Source: a virus
Length of the DNA stretch: 64,000 nt
Direction: 5' to 3' (one strand)
IMG/VR virus record: IMGVR_UViG_3300015371_000013
Span: 16,502-80,501 of that record
The notes under the pieces are model-generated. The model searched no databases, was not told where the DNA came from, and saw only the letters and a list, made by a program, of their open reading frames with translations. Of the stretch, positions 35,414 through 45,136 are shown piece by piece. The position numbers and the translations under genes are program-made. Within the stretch, counting starts at the first letter, position 1. Each line of letters opens with the position of its first letter.

Positions 35414-37477
35414 CTAGGAGCCTGCCGTGCCGCGGAAGGTCCACTCGTCTTCGACATTGTTCTCGAAGAAGTATCCTGCGTTGGAGACAGCGTAGATCGT
35501 GAGGTCCACGCCTTCGTCGACGGTGTACGGCGAGCCCGATGCCGTCACAGCCGCGTTGGTATCGCCGCGACGGTAGGTGACACCGGTGGTGTCGACGATC
35601 GAGAACGTCGAGTTGTCGGGGTCGAAGGTCGGCTCCTTGGGAGTGACCTTGGTGGCGCCCGCCGCAGCCTGCTTGATCACCAGGGCCGATCGGATCTTGG
35701 TGAGGGCTCCGGACGACCGGGCCTCGATCAGGTACTTGTACTGGTTGTAGTCGATGTCGAAGTCGTCGAAGAACGACACCTCGCCACCGCGATCGGCACC
35801 GACCGTATAGTCCTGGAGGTTGACGATGATCCCGACCAGCTCGGGCTCGTCCTCCATGACCTCCACGGGCACGACCGAGGACACCCCCAGCTCGGAGGCC
35901 AGCTCGGACCCCGTCCGGTAGTAGCGACGTCCCTGGGAGTCACGGGCCAGGAGCATCTGGGTCATCACGGGCAGCGTGGTGTAGAACGTCGGCAGCCCGG
36001 AGCCCTTGTAGAAGCGCATGGACTCGAGAATCTTGTCCACGAGGTCCGTCTTGCGCAGGTCGCCATCGACGTCGACCATGATGGTGGCCGCATAGAGATC
36101 GTCGTCGTTGAGGATCGAGCGAATGCCCGCCCCGTCCGTGGCCCCCTTGGGATCGCGGATCTTGTCCTCGTCGTCGACATCGCGACCGTCACCGATGAGA
36201 ATGGCTCGCGCCAGCTCCTCGTCGAGCATGAGACGCATCTCGGCCTTCAGCCACAGCACGACGTCGAAGTCGGTGATGTCGATGATGTCGTCACGGTCGA
36301 GTCGTTGCTTCTTGTAGATCGTGCTCGGCGTGGTGACCCGCTTCATCAGGCCGAAGAACTCCTCCTTCTTCAGCGTGCCCTTGATGTATCCTCGGGCCCG
36401 GGCCTCGGCGTGGGTGATGTCCGCCGTGAGCGACTTGATCCGAGAGAACGGGCTCTTGCGCACGCCCGAGAGAACCGCTGCGACCCACTCGTTGCGACGC
36501 CTGTCGAACTCGGGGGTGTCGGTAATGGTTCGCGCATCCGGGAACAGGGTGTCGATGTTCTCGATGCCATGCTTGAAGGCGTAGTCCTCCACCGCCTCCT
36601 TCAGCGAGCCACGCTTGACGGCGTCCGCGGCGATGCCACGCATGGCGTCGTGGGAAAGCACGGTCCGGGGACCGCCATTGCCGTTGGAGGCGGCTTCGCT
36701 CGCCTTTTCGAAGACGTTGCGTCCGCTCATCTCGTTCTCGTCCTTGTCCTCGTGGGTGACGCCCTCCTCTTCGGAGGCGCTGGTTTCGGTGCTGGTTTCA
36801 GAAGTTGCGACACTCTCCAGAGCCGCGCCCACCATGTAGTGGACGACTTGCTGCTGATCTTCGGTCATCGACTCGTAGACATCCTGAACGGTCACATCGT
36901 CGTCATCCGACGAAGTCTCCGTCTCGGTCGTCTCGGTCGTCTCGGAGTTGTCGGCATGCTCGAGTTCGAGACCGGTGTAGATGATCGCTTCGTCAGAAAC
37001 GATGTCGACCTCTCCGTCAGCATGCGCGATCTCGATGTTGTCGATCAGAGCTCCGGGATTGGCTCCGGCCAGGACGAGTGAGAGCTCGCGAATGATCCCG
37101 TGAGAAACCTGCTTGGCCTTCTCGACGAGCGAATTAGCGAAGATCGACAGCGCGTTGATATCCTCGTGCTGCACCAACGTCTTCGCGTTCTTGCCCTGGG
37201 TTGTTTCGTTGAAGAACCCGTAGCAATATGTACCCTCGTTCTTGTGCTCGAGAACCGCGTGGCCCAGAACGTTTTCGGGTGAGTTGTGACCGTGCTGCCA
37301 AACCAGCGGAACCCGCTCGCCATCTTGGTGCTGAAAAGCGCCGCTGAGGATGGTTCGTCCGTCCGAGCACCTCAGGCCATACTTCGTAGCCCAGCCACTG
37401 AAATCAGGGACCGAGTGCATCAAGCTGTTCTCCGGCGAAGAGTCACCGAAGACCAGTCGGCGGGACTTTGCTCCCAT
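35414..37477 (-). CDS. capsid maturation protease - major capsid protein fusion
   Basis: HK97-type protease motifs (VPLVWQHGH, LSIFAN, ELSLVLAGANPGA), acidic linker, then capsid domain (TTPSTIYKKQRLDRDD, FDDFDIDYNQ). Confidence 0.92.
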   Translation of the reverse strand: MGAKSRRLVFGDSSPENSLMHSVPDFSGWATKYGLRCSDGRTILSGAFQHQDGERVPLVWQHGHNSPENVLGHAVLEHKNEGTYCYGFFNETTQGKNAKTLVQHEDINALSIFANSLVEKAKQVSHGIIRELSLVLAGANPGALIDNIEIAHADGEVDIVSDEAIIYTGLELEHADNSETTETTETETSSDDDDVTVQDVYESMTEDQQQVVHYMVGAALESVATSETSTETSASEEEGVTHEDKDENEMSGRNVFEKASEAASNGNGGPRTVLSHDAMRGIAADAVKRGSLKEAVEDYAFKHGIENIDTLFPDARTITDTPEFDRRRNEWVAAVLSGVRKSPFSRIKSLTADITHAEARARGYIKGTLKKEEFFGLMKRVTTPSTIYKKQRLDRDDIIDITDFDVVLWLKAEMRLMLDEELARAILIGDGRDVDDEDKIRDPKGATDGAGIRSILNDDDLYAATIMVDVDGDLRKTDLVDKILESMRFYKGSGLPTFYTTLPVMTQMLLARDSQGRRYYRTGSELASELGVSSVVPVEVMEDEPELVGIIVNLQDYTVGADRGGEVSFFDDFDIDYNQYKYLIEARSSGALTKIRSALVIKQAAAGATKVTPKEPTFDPDNSTFSIVDTTGVTYRRGDTNAAVTASGSPYTVDEGVDLTIYAVSNAGYFFENNVEDEWTFRGTAGS

Positions 37478-37514
37478 TTTGACTGTTCCTTTCGTCATTT
37501 GGATCTTCGGCGCT

Positions 37515-38135
37515 CTAGAGCGCAGCTAGCTTTTGTTTGGCGACTGCGATTTGTCCTTTCATTTTGGTAGCCAAAGTCTTGAGTGAAGAGATCTTATGGG
37601 CTCTCTTCTTAGACTCTGCCTTATCCCCCTTGGACTTGTCGCCGTCCTTCTTATCTTTGGACTTCTCTGTCTGCTGTTTCTTGGCTCGATCTTTCTTGGC
37701 CTCACGGGCCTTTTCAGCCTTTTCGGCAGCGGTATCTGGTTTTTCTCGCTCTTTGGCTGCACGCTCCTTTTTGGCCGCCGACTTTCGGTCTTCACGAGCC
37801 TCTTCATGCTGCAATTCTCGAATCCGGGCTTCAATCTTTTGAAGTTTCCCCTCGAGAGATCGGATTTGAGTGGACAGTTCCTTGCGTTGCTTGGCTATGG
37901 CTTCCTTATGGATCTGGTCCATAGTCTTGCCGGTACGAGGATCGATCCTACCGACTTTAGCCCGGGCTCTACGCTGCTGGGCTCGATTCTCTGCCCGGGT
38001 ATCGACATCGAAATCCTCGGCTCTGCCCTTACGACGACCTTTCAACTCTCGGGTTCTCAGATAATATTGATGAGCTTTGATCGGATCGTAAAGGGGACCG
38101 TGACGAAGCTCGAATTCAGTGGGAGTTCGCATCAT
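37515..38135 (-). CDS. basic coiled-coil virion-region protein
   Basis: LRH...YDPIKAHQYYLRTRELKGR; lies between portal and capsid. Confidence 0.8.
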   Translation of the reverse strand: MMRTPTEFELRHGPLYDPIKAHQYYLRTRELKGRRKGRAEDFDVDTRAENRAQQRRARAKVGRIDPRTGKTMDQIHKEAIAKQRKELSTQIRSLEGKLQKIEARIRELQHEEAREDRKSAAKKERAAKEREKPDTAAEKAEKAREAKKDRAKKQQTEKSKDKKDGDKSKGDKAESKKRAHKISSLKTLATKMKGQIAVAKQKLAAL

Positions 38136-39460
38136 TCACCCGCCAATGCTGCGTCGGCTTCGGCTCCCGTTGCCGCAAGCTCCTCGATCATGGCTTGGGC
38201 TGCTGGATCACCTTCATCAGTGATGTCTTCCGCCGTGGAATCAACGACCTCAACCCCCGTATCCCCCTGAGGCATGTTGGCATTGATCAACTTATCGGCC
38301 TTAGGCTCCTGAGACGGCTTCATCCCGATGGCCTGTCGGATCTCGTTGGACGAGGTGATCTCGTTTCGGGTGAACTTGTCGGCGATGTCAGCGATGCCAC
38401 CTTCGCCACCAATGGGCACGAACTTGAATGGATCTCGGAAGTACATGATCGACTGACCCTGAGTACGTGCCGTCTTGGTGAGAAAGACTCGGATCATCGA
38501 TTCCACGATTGAATCCAACAGAGGCTCGATGGTACGAGCGTAGTAGTTCAGCATGACCTTCTCATCAGCCGTGCCGTTCATAACCTCCGGAGTCAATCCC
38601 AGCTCACCGTACAGCTGGGTTTTAAGTTCTTGAATTTGCGGTAGGAGGTTGTTGTCTACGGCACGATTAAGTTGAACGATCTTCTCAGTACCATCAGTAT
38701 AGGCGATGCCATACTGACTTCCCTTGAGCTGAAACTCAATATCCTTTCGCCTTTGTTCGGCCTGCTGACGACGAGCTTCCGACTTGATGACATAAGGAAG
38801 CTGAATGATGAGGTCGAGCTTGCCCGAAGCCGACTGTTCATCCACGGTATCGAGAAGATTGAGCTTACGAATCAATCGTTGCAAGGTCGAATTCGGCTCA
38901 TTCATCACCGAATATAGAGGATTCTCGACGATGGCCACCGTCTTCTTGGGAAGTGTGATCTCTTCTCGAGTTCCCCGATTTTCATCGTACAGAGAAACTC
39001 GAACATGGTGAGGAAACCATGTCATGATGCGACCCACACGCATGGTCTTGATGTCGTAGCCCCCTGATTCCTCTGGAGACAAGGTGGTGTCTACGGGGAC
39101 AATGGCAGCCACACCTTCATCCAGGATGGTCATGGCGATGTCTTGACGAAATGCTCGACCCGCCTGATCGACATTGGCCTCCAAAGTCAAACAGTTGTCG
39201 AGACCACTTTCGATGTCTTCCAAATATCGGCGTTGCTCATCAGTACGGACATGCCTCATAGGCACCGAAGCCACATCGATACCAATCCGGGTATAAATCG
39301 AGGAGATGATCGATCGCTCATTCGAAAACCGAGGACGAATTCGATCGGGCCGTCCACCAAAATATGATCCGGACACGATCTCCATCGGGCGATCTCTCAC
39401 GCTGTCACTATCTGTGAACGCGTTCCAAGCGTGTCTCAGCCGGTCTCCGAGCTTTGCCAT
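38132..39460 (-). CDS. portal protein
   Basis: 442 aa; HK97-like portal (LTLEANVDQ, ENPLYSVMNEPNS, NEIRQAIG). Confidence 0.92.
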   Translation of the reverse strand: MAKLGDRLRHAWNAFTDSDSVRDRPMEIVSGSYFGGRPDRIRPRFSNERSIISSIYTRIGIDVASVPMRHVRTDEQRRYLEDIESGLDNCLTLEANVDQAGRAFRQDIAMTILDEGVAAIVPVDTTLSPEESGGYDIKTMRVGRIMTWFPHHVRVSLYDENRGTREEITLPKKTVAIVENPLYSVMNEPNSTLQRLIRKLNLLDTVDEQSASGKLDLIIQLPYVIKSEARRQQAEQRRKDIEFQLKGSQYGIAYTDGTEKIVQLNRAVDNNLLPQIQELKTQLYGELGLTPEVMNGTADEKVMLNYYARTIEPLLDSIVESMIRVFLTKTARTQGQSIMYFRDPFKFVPIGGEGGIADIADKFTRNEITSSNEIRQAIGMKPSQEPKADKLINANMPQGDTGVEVVDSTAEDITDEGDPAAQAMIEELAATGAEADAALAGE

Positions 39461-39475
39461 ACATCACCTCCTCTC

Positions 39476-39706
39476 TCATCGTGGCCAGATTTGACCGACG
39501 TTGGGCTCCAGGTACTTCCCTTCTACACTAACCGCGCCTTGCACCACATAGGGGGATTGCAGTTTATAAGCTGGAAAGGGCACCGCATTTTCGCCCTCGG
39601 TCAAGAACGCATAAGCTGTGGGTGGCACTGTAAATATAATCGATCTCGGAATAACCTGACCCGAAGTTATACCCAAAGGAGAAGTTACATTGGCTATGAT
39701 TGCCAT
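39476..39706 (-). CDS. small virion accessory protein (paralogue of 40702-41007)
   Basis: Ends LEPNVGQIWPR. Confidence 0.7.
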   Translation of the reverse strand: MAIIANVTSPLGITSGQVIPRSIIFTVPPTAYAFLTEGENAVPFPAYKLQSPYVVQGAVSVEGKYLEPNVGQIWPR

Positions 39707-40686
39707 CAGGCTGATACTCCGGTATCCCACATACGACCATCGGCAGCATTATAAGGAACCCACAACCGGCTTTGAAGCACGTAGCCATCACCGAAAGAAA
39801 ATCCTACCGGAGGCACTGTGGTGTTGACTCGCATGCGCTTCACTTTTCCTACTGCCCAACCCATCGTAGGATACCCTCGCGAATCAGATGCTCCAAACGC
39901 TTGATAAAGAGTAATTCCTTGTTCTGCGACTAGACGTTGACCACCTTGAAGAGCATCATTTAGTTTGAGATCACCCTCGAAACCCAAAACTGGACCATTA
40001 ACCGAAGTCAAACTAAGCATGTTCATCAAAGCACAGCCAAAATGACTGATTCCAGCCACGGCAGGATTACGAAGCATATGTCCTTGAGCAGAGCTCGGTG
40101 CTGCAGACCCATAACAATGAACCGGCATGGCGATGGGAAGAGTCATGATCGGAGTATAGGTGCCACAATGGAAAAACCCGTTGGAAGCCCCACTAAACGC
40201 CACGGCAAACCCATCATCAGCTACGATGATCCAATACTTGGTTGAGCTTCCACTAGGTGCCCATGAGTTAAAATACGGAGTACCCTGAGCAGATCCGTTA
40301 GGGACTGTGGTACTCAGAATATAAGTAGTAGCATCAGGAATACGACCTAGTGAATCGTATACTATCGCTCCAGTAGTAGCAGAAGCCGAACAGAACTTCG
40401 CCACCGTATGCGTCGCTAAGGTATAACTCTCACAAATAAAGAAACGAAGCGATCCGTCACCCAAGGTGCGCCCGATGACCACGAAATAATCAGAGGGTAA
40501 CCCCGACTGAGAAGCCAAGCACTTAAATACATACCAACGCACGAGACCGCTAGCCGGAGTAAACTCCTCGACTAGATCCCAGGCAGCGTGAACAATGAGA
40601 TCGTCACGAAGCTGCTCAACCATAGCCAATCCAACCGACCCCGCATCGGGCTGATTGATGGTACCGGTGGTAAACGCGAGTGCCAC
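39706..40686 (-). CDS. virion accessory protein (paralogue of 41007-41978)
   Basis: TGTINQPDAGSVGLAMVE N-terminus shared with the paralogue. Confidence 0.8.
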   Translation of the reverse strand: MALAFTTGTINQPDAGSVGLAMVEQLRDDLIVHAAWDLVEEFTPASGLVRWYVFKCLASQSGLPSDYFVVIGRTLGDGSLRFFICESYTLATHTVAKFCSASATTGAIVYDSLGRIPDATTYILSTTVPNGSAQGTPYFNSWAPSGSSTKYWIIVADDGFAVAFSGASNGFFHCGTYTPIMTLPIAMPVHCYGSAAPSSAQGHMLRNPAVAGISHFGCALMNMLSLTSVNGPVLGFEGDLKLNDALQGGQRLVAEQGITLYQAFGASDSRGYPTMGWAVGKVKRMRVNTTVPPVGFSFGDGYVLQSRLWVPYNAADGRMWDTGVSA

Positions 40687-40701
40687 TCTTTACCTCCTCT
40701 C

Positions 40702-41007
40702 TCAGCGGGGCCAGATTTGTCCGACGTTGGGTTCCAGAACGTCAAGCGTAGGACTAAGAATGCTATTAATAGATCGAGTAATTCCTGGACCAGGAAGAAC
40801 CCATCCTGGATCAGCTTCTAGAGTAGTGTCTATAAGAAATCCTCCTGCCATAGGAGCAGTCGGAAATCGATTCGTGATAGGGCCTGAAAGAAGATCGATC
40901 GAAGTCAGAGTGGTCCGATCAATCAAATCCCCCGTAGGAATTGGAGGGAGGAATTCAAGCGTGGTTATAAGAGGAGTTACTTCAACTAGGTTGCCCTGAA
41001 CCGCCAT
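40702..41007 (-). CDS. small virion accessory protein
   Basis: Ends LEPNVGQIWPR. Confidence 0.7.
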   Translation of the reverse strand: MAVQGNLVEVTPLITTLEFLPPIPTGDLIDRTTLTSIDLLSGPITNRFPTAPMAGGFLIDTTLEADPGWVLPGPGITRSINSILSPTLDVLEPNVGQIWPR

Positions 41008-41978
41008 CAGGAAGCCGCCACTCCGGTGTCCCAGACCCGATAATCAGTAGGATGAAAAGGAACCCACAGCCGGTTCTGAAGCACGTAAGCATCTCCAAAA
41101 GCAAATCCAGGAGGAGTCTGGCCTCCACCCACCCTAAGACGCTTATGCTTCCCCAGAACATAGCCAAATCCTGGAATCCCAATCTGCGGTTGATACTGGA
41201 GAGTAACCATTCCAATCTCGGCGACCGCTCGTTGATTACCTTGCAGTTTGTCATTGTAATTCATATACGAGGCAAATCCGAGAATATTCTGAGTCGGCTG
41301 ACTTGAACCTTGCCCTCCGGTGAACCCCAAAGCACCCCCAAACATATTGCTAACATTGGCTACCGCCGGATTACGACAGAAAATCCCAATACCGTCATAA
41401 CCCATAATCATGATAGGCAAGGTCATGGACAACTGGGTAAGGGGAATAAACGCCCCACCATGGACATATCCGTTGGACGCGCCATTGAAGGCTACTGAAA
41501 ATCCGTCATTATCGACAATCAGCCACCACTTTGTTGACGTACCACTGGGAGTCCAGGTAGTGAAATTGGGGAAAGGACCTCCTCCAGTGTTAAACGGCCC
41601 AGTAGCCAACACAAAAGTATTTGGTACAGCCAATCGTCCTAGAGAATCATAATTGTAACTAGAAGTATAGTTTTGCCCGATGGAAAAATATGTCATGATA
41701 TGGGCAGCCGCGGTATACTCTTCACAGATAGAAAAGCGAAGCGATCCGTCACCGAGGGTACGAGAAATAACCAAAAACCAATCAGCCGACATACCGGATT
41801 GCGAAGCCAGACACTTGAACACATACCAACGCACGGTACCGCTAGCTGCGGTAAATTCCTCGACCAAATCCCAGGCTACGTGGGCAACGAGCTCATCTCG
41901 GATCTTCTCAACCATGGCCAATCCAACTGATCCCGCATCCGGTTGGTTGATGGTTCCGGTATTAAAGCTAATTGCCAT
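41007..41978 (-). CDS. virion accessory protein
   Basis: Start MAISFNTG; paralogue of 39706-40686. Confidence 0.8.
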   Translation of the reverse strand: MAISFNTGTINQPDAGSVGLAMVEKIRDELVAHVAWDLVEEFTAASGTVRWYVFKCLASQSGMSADWFLVISRTLGDGSLRFSICEEYTAAAHIMTYFSIGQNYTSSYNYDSLGRLAVPNTFVLATGPFNTGGGPFPNFTTWTPSGTSTKWWLIVDNDGFSVAFNGASNGYVHGGAFIPLTQLSMTLPIMIMGYDGIGIFCRNPAVANVSNMFGGALGFTGGQGSSQPTQNILGFASYMNYNDKLQGNQRAVAEIGMVTLQYQPQIGIPGFGYVLGKHKRLRVGGGQTPPGFAFGDAYVLQNRLWVPFHPTDYRVWDTGVAAS

Positions 41979-41979
41979 A

Positions 41980-42489
41980 TTACTCCGTCCTGAAGTAGTG
42001 GTAGGTGACGGAAATCGAATTTGCCGTGAGACCAAGATTTGTTACAGTGGAGTAAAAATTCGAATCGAACGCATCCTGAGAAGTCATGTCCACGGCAGGA
42101 CTAAGAATCAGCTCGAGCAGCCCTACGTAAGTCACTACCTCAAGCAGACGACCGTGATTACCCTGAGGCTTGATTCCGATGGATCGTGTAATATCGGCGT
42201 CACGTGTAGCACTGGTGGGATAGAGCCGTACCCGAGCTGGACGATTGGTGGCAATCTTGTACAACCTCACTGACGGATATAACTCAAGGGTGTCAGTTTC
42301 CGTCGAACCCGCGTTCAATACTGCAGTATTCTCGGTCTTAATCACCCGAGTAGAAAACCCACCACCAATCATGAGTGGTTCGCCCAACTCATTAAAAAGT
42401 TGTAGCTTCTCCGGCAAGAGATTGGGATCTTGGGGATCGCCCGACGTGAGGAGCATCTGACGAGTTCGCTGCTGGGTAACTCTGGCCAT
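41980..42489 (-). CDS. virion accessory protein
   Basis: 169 aa; PARVRLYPT...RDAD; N-terminal EKLQLFNELGEP motif. Confidence 0.75.
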   Translation of the reverse strand: MARVTQQRTRQMLLTSGDPQDPNLLPEKLQLFNELGEPLMIGGGFSTRVIKTENTAVLNAGSTETDTLELYPSVRLYKIATNRPARVRLYPTSATRDADITRSIGIKPQGNHGRLLEVVTYVGLLELILSPAVDMTSQDAFDSNFYSTVTNLGLTANSISVTYHYFRTE

Positions 42490-42683
42490 CAGACCTCCTT
42501 CTTTAGTTTCGATATCGGCTGATCTCCAATGAGCTTTAAAACGTCTTCTGGTGATGCCCCTTCAATGAGAATGGGTGTAGTCGAGAATGGAAGCGTAGAA
42601 TATACCCAGTCACCCGCTTCTTCGTTCTTTCTCGCTGCGGCTTCCAACCTCTCGACCGCCTTCTTATCAGCCGGAGCGCTCAT
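42489..42683 (-). CDS. hypothetical protein
   Basis: 64 aa; coupled to neighbours. Confidence 0.65.
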   Translation of the reverse strand: MSAPADKKAVERLEAAARKNEEAGDWVYSTLPFSTTPILIEGASPEDVLKLIGDQPISKLKKEV

Positions 42684-44128
42684 CTAACCCCTCCCATTTC
42701 ATCAAATAGAGCTTTGGCCGCAGTTAGCTGTTTCGTCGTAAGTTTACTACGCATCTCAGGAGTAAAGTAATGTCCGGACAATTCCGCCAATGCCTCAGCC
42801 GGTTCTGTGGCTCCGTATGGACTCAATTTGCTCAACTCTTTAAAGCTCAAACCATGCTTTTTGAGAATGGCTTTGTGAGCGTTGTGTTTGCTCTTAGACC
42901 ATTTGAGCTGAGATCTGACCTGAGCTGTAATACTACTACCACTTCCTGAACCTGACATCATATCCCAGGCATCCGGAATCTCACCATGTGCCACAGCCAG
43001 CATATGACCCATTTCGTGATAGCCCAGAAACTTCTTTGTGAAGATTCCCGGTTGAAGTCGCTTCACATACTCGGCTTCACTAGGAGAATATCCATCAAAC
43101 AGATCGTTGTACATCAAACGAGCTTCACCCTTCTTGATTCCCATTACCGCAGCCGGTGACTTTCCAGCCAAAAGTCCTTCCATTCCCGGAACCTGCGACA
43201 TGGGTACAACTTCGACTGCCAGATCCCTTACTGACGGATATCGCTTTCGCATGTCTTCGAACGTATCGATAAGTTCGGCATGATGCCGAGCTACCATCTC
43301 GTTGGCAAACCCAGTCTTTGGGCGAATATCAGCATAGCCTTTGCTAAGATCTACTACCAGATCTCCAGGCCGCTTGAGCTGAAAGGCTGGATTGTCTCGC
43401 CCTAAGCCTTTCAGCAGAACCTCAGGATTAGCTGGTTTCCGAGGGCCCAGACTGCTGATGTTAAATCCGGCTCCCCCACTTGAATACGCCTTGTACGCTA
43501 CGAATCCGACTACCGAAGCCGCTCCGATACCGAGAGCAATCTTTTGATTTCGAGTAAGACCCTTCCTCTTTCCACCCTGTTCTTGAGGTGGTAAAGTCGG
43601 ATCTATTTTTTCCGAAGTCTGCGATGACGATTTAGTCGCAAGCTTGAGATTCGGCTTACCTACTGCCAATTCTGCAGCTCGTTGTCGTTTCTCGGATTCG
43701 TTTCGAGCCACGGCCTCCCGAGACGAAGTCTCCTCCTTCTTTTGGATTCCCCAGCGCATGCCTTTGACGCCGTGATGAGCCAAAGACTCCGGGGGCTCCT
43801 CATCCAGCTGTGAGTAATATCGTCTCAGCGCGTTGGCGGCTTTTTTCTTCTCTTCATCAGAGACCCCCTTGAGCCCGCCTCGAGCGCCTGCCAAAGCCGC
43901 AGCGGCAGCATGCACGCCGTTTCGATTCAGAGAGCCGTCTGGCGTCTTGACCGGTAACTTGCACTGACTCTTGGAGGTCGGTTCTCCATCGTGAATATGA
44001 ACTAGACATGCCGCATGCCACTGCTCAAGCGTGTAGTCCGCTTTGGTCCAATTGCTCCACGGCGTCTCGGAAATATGGGCGAGTGCCTCTTCTGGGGAGG
44101 CAAACACTTGATTACCTCCCTGGTACAT
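42680..44128 (-). CDS. HxGVKGM[KR]WG-motif protein with C-terminal HExxH metallopeptidase-like domain
   Basis: LAHHGVKGMRWG; TM-like segment; YHEMGH...YGATEPAEALAE. Confidence 0.8.
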   Translation of the reverse strand: MYQGGNQVFASPEEALAHISETPWSNWTKADYTLEQWHAACLVHIHDGEPTSKSQCKLPVKTPDGSLNRNGVHAAAAALAGARGGLKGVSDEEKKKAANALRRYYSQLDEEPPESLAHHGVKGMRWGIQKKEETSSREAVARNESEKRQRAAELAVGKPNLKLATKSSSQTSEKIDPTLPPQEQGGKRKGLTRNQKIALGIGAASVVGFVAYKAYSSGGAGFNISSLGPRKPANPEVLLKGLGRDNPAFQLKRPGDLVVDLSKGYADIRPKTGFANEMVARHHAELIDTFEDMRKRYPSVRDLAVEVVPMSQVPGMEGLLAGKSPAAVMGIKKGEARLMYNDLFDGYSPSEAEYVKRLQPGIFTKKFLGYHEMGHMLAVAHGEIPDAWDMMSGSGSGSSITAQVRSQLKWSKSKHNAHKAILKKHGLSFKELSKLSPYGATEPAEALAELSGHYFTPEMRSKLTTKQLTAAKALFDEMGGVR

Positions 44129-44141
44129 TCAAGGCCTCCTT

Positions 44142-45119
44142 TTAGAGAGCGGAAAGATCGATCGGGTTCCCATCGTGATCAAACAACTTCAGTCGAACTT
44201 CCTCACGATCACCACGTTGACGGTGACCAAATATGTGAGCATAGCTGCCCGGAAGATCGATCAGATTTCCATCGGAATCAAACAACTTCAATCGAACTTT
44301 CTCACGATCTCCACGATGGCTACGACCAAATATGTGCGCATCGCTACCTGAAAGATCGATTCGATTTCCCTCACGATCAAATACCTTCAGTCGAACTTCT
44401 TCACGATCACCACAACGACGTCGACCAAATATGTGAGCATCGAATACGTAGCTTGGCTCGCCTCCTGGTGAAGAAACCTCAGGCACGCTGTTGAAAATGA
44501 CGTTTCCGTCAACTTCCAGATAATCCCATTTCACAACTGCTGAGCGAGGAGTTCCCTCTTCCCAGTCTCCCCAGTCATCAGGACTTTCCGAGTTGGCATA
44601 GACATCAACTTCGATTTCGCCCTCAGTAATCAGAGTTCCGTTCCACGGAATACTACCTAATTCCGTAAAGACATCACCATCTTCAGAAACTTCCCAATAA
44701 AGAGTTCCCGACTCTACCCGAGCTCGCCACCACGGAGTAATCGCCGGATCAATGGCCGGATTCGGAGAAATCCCTACGTTTGTTTCACCAGCGACCATAC
44801 GCGCATCACAGATTGCTGTGCCCAGATACGAATACCAATCAAACTGTATCCAACGCCAATTGCTATTAATTTCACGATTACGTAGGAAAGCCACAACATC
44901 CAGATCGTAGGCTCCATCTCCAGTAGGAGCGGGTAGTCTCACCGTGAACTGAAAATCTCCTGTAATCGGACACATCGGACTGATAGTACCCGCATACCAC
45001 TGATCAGGTGGATTATGAGTATCAACCGTCAACAGAATCCCCTCTGTAGGAGAGAACTCGACGATGGTGTCATCGCTTCCTTTCACCCAACCAGTTGGAT
45101 CAACAGGAATCTGTGGCAT
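44142..45119 (-). CDS. beta-sandwich virion accessory protein with three C-terminal 33-aa repeats
   Basis: Acidic lectin-like N-terminal part; AHIFGR...GDRE.VRLK.FD..GN.IDL x3. Confidence 0.8.
   Translation of the reverse strand: MPQIPVDPTGWVKGSDDTIVEFSPTEGILLTVDTHNPPDQWYAGTISPMCPITGDFQFTVRLPAPTGDGAYDLDVVAFLRNREINSNWRWIQFDWYSYLGTAICDARMVAGETNVGISPNPAIDPAITPWWRARVESGTLYWEVSEDGDVFTELGSIPWNGTLITEGEIEVDVYANSESPDDWGDWEEGTPRSAVVKWDYLEVDGNVIFNSVPEVSSPGGEPSYVFDAHIFGRRRCGDREEVRLKVFDREGNRIDLSGSDAHIFGRSHRGDREKVRLKLFDSDGNLIDLPGSYAHIFGHRQRGDREEVRLKLFDHDGNPIDLSAL
44152..44445. repeat. 3 x 99-bp tandem repeat
   Basis: CCAAATATGTG recurs at 44227, 44326, 44425. Confidence 0.9.
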
Positions 45120-45136
45120 CTACTCGAAGACCTCCT

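Noticed and set aside
35129-37081. Long + strand ORFs (650 aa here; also 27068-28459, 20772-21752 and others)
   Set aside because: Antisense shadows of well-supported minus-strand genes with biased codon usage; no RBS or recognisable motifs.
39476-41978. Diversity-generating retroelement TR/VR pair
   Set aside because: Differences are not adenine-specific, both copies are intact genes, and no reverse transcriptase is present.
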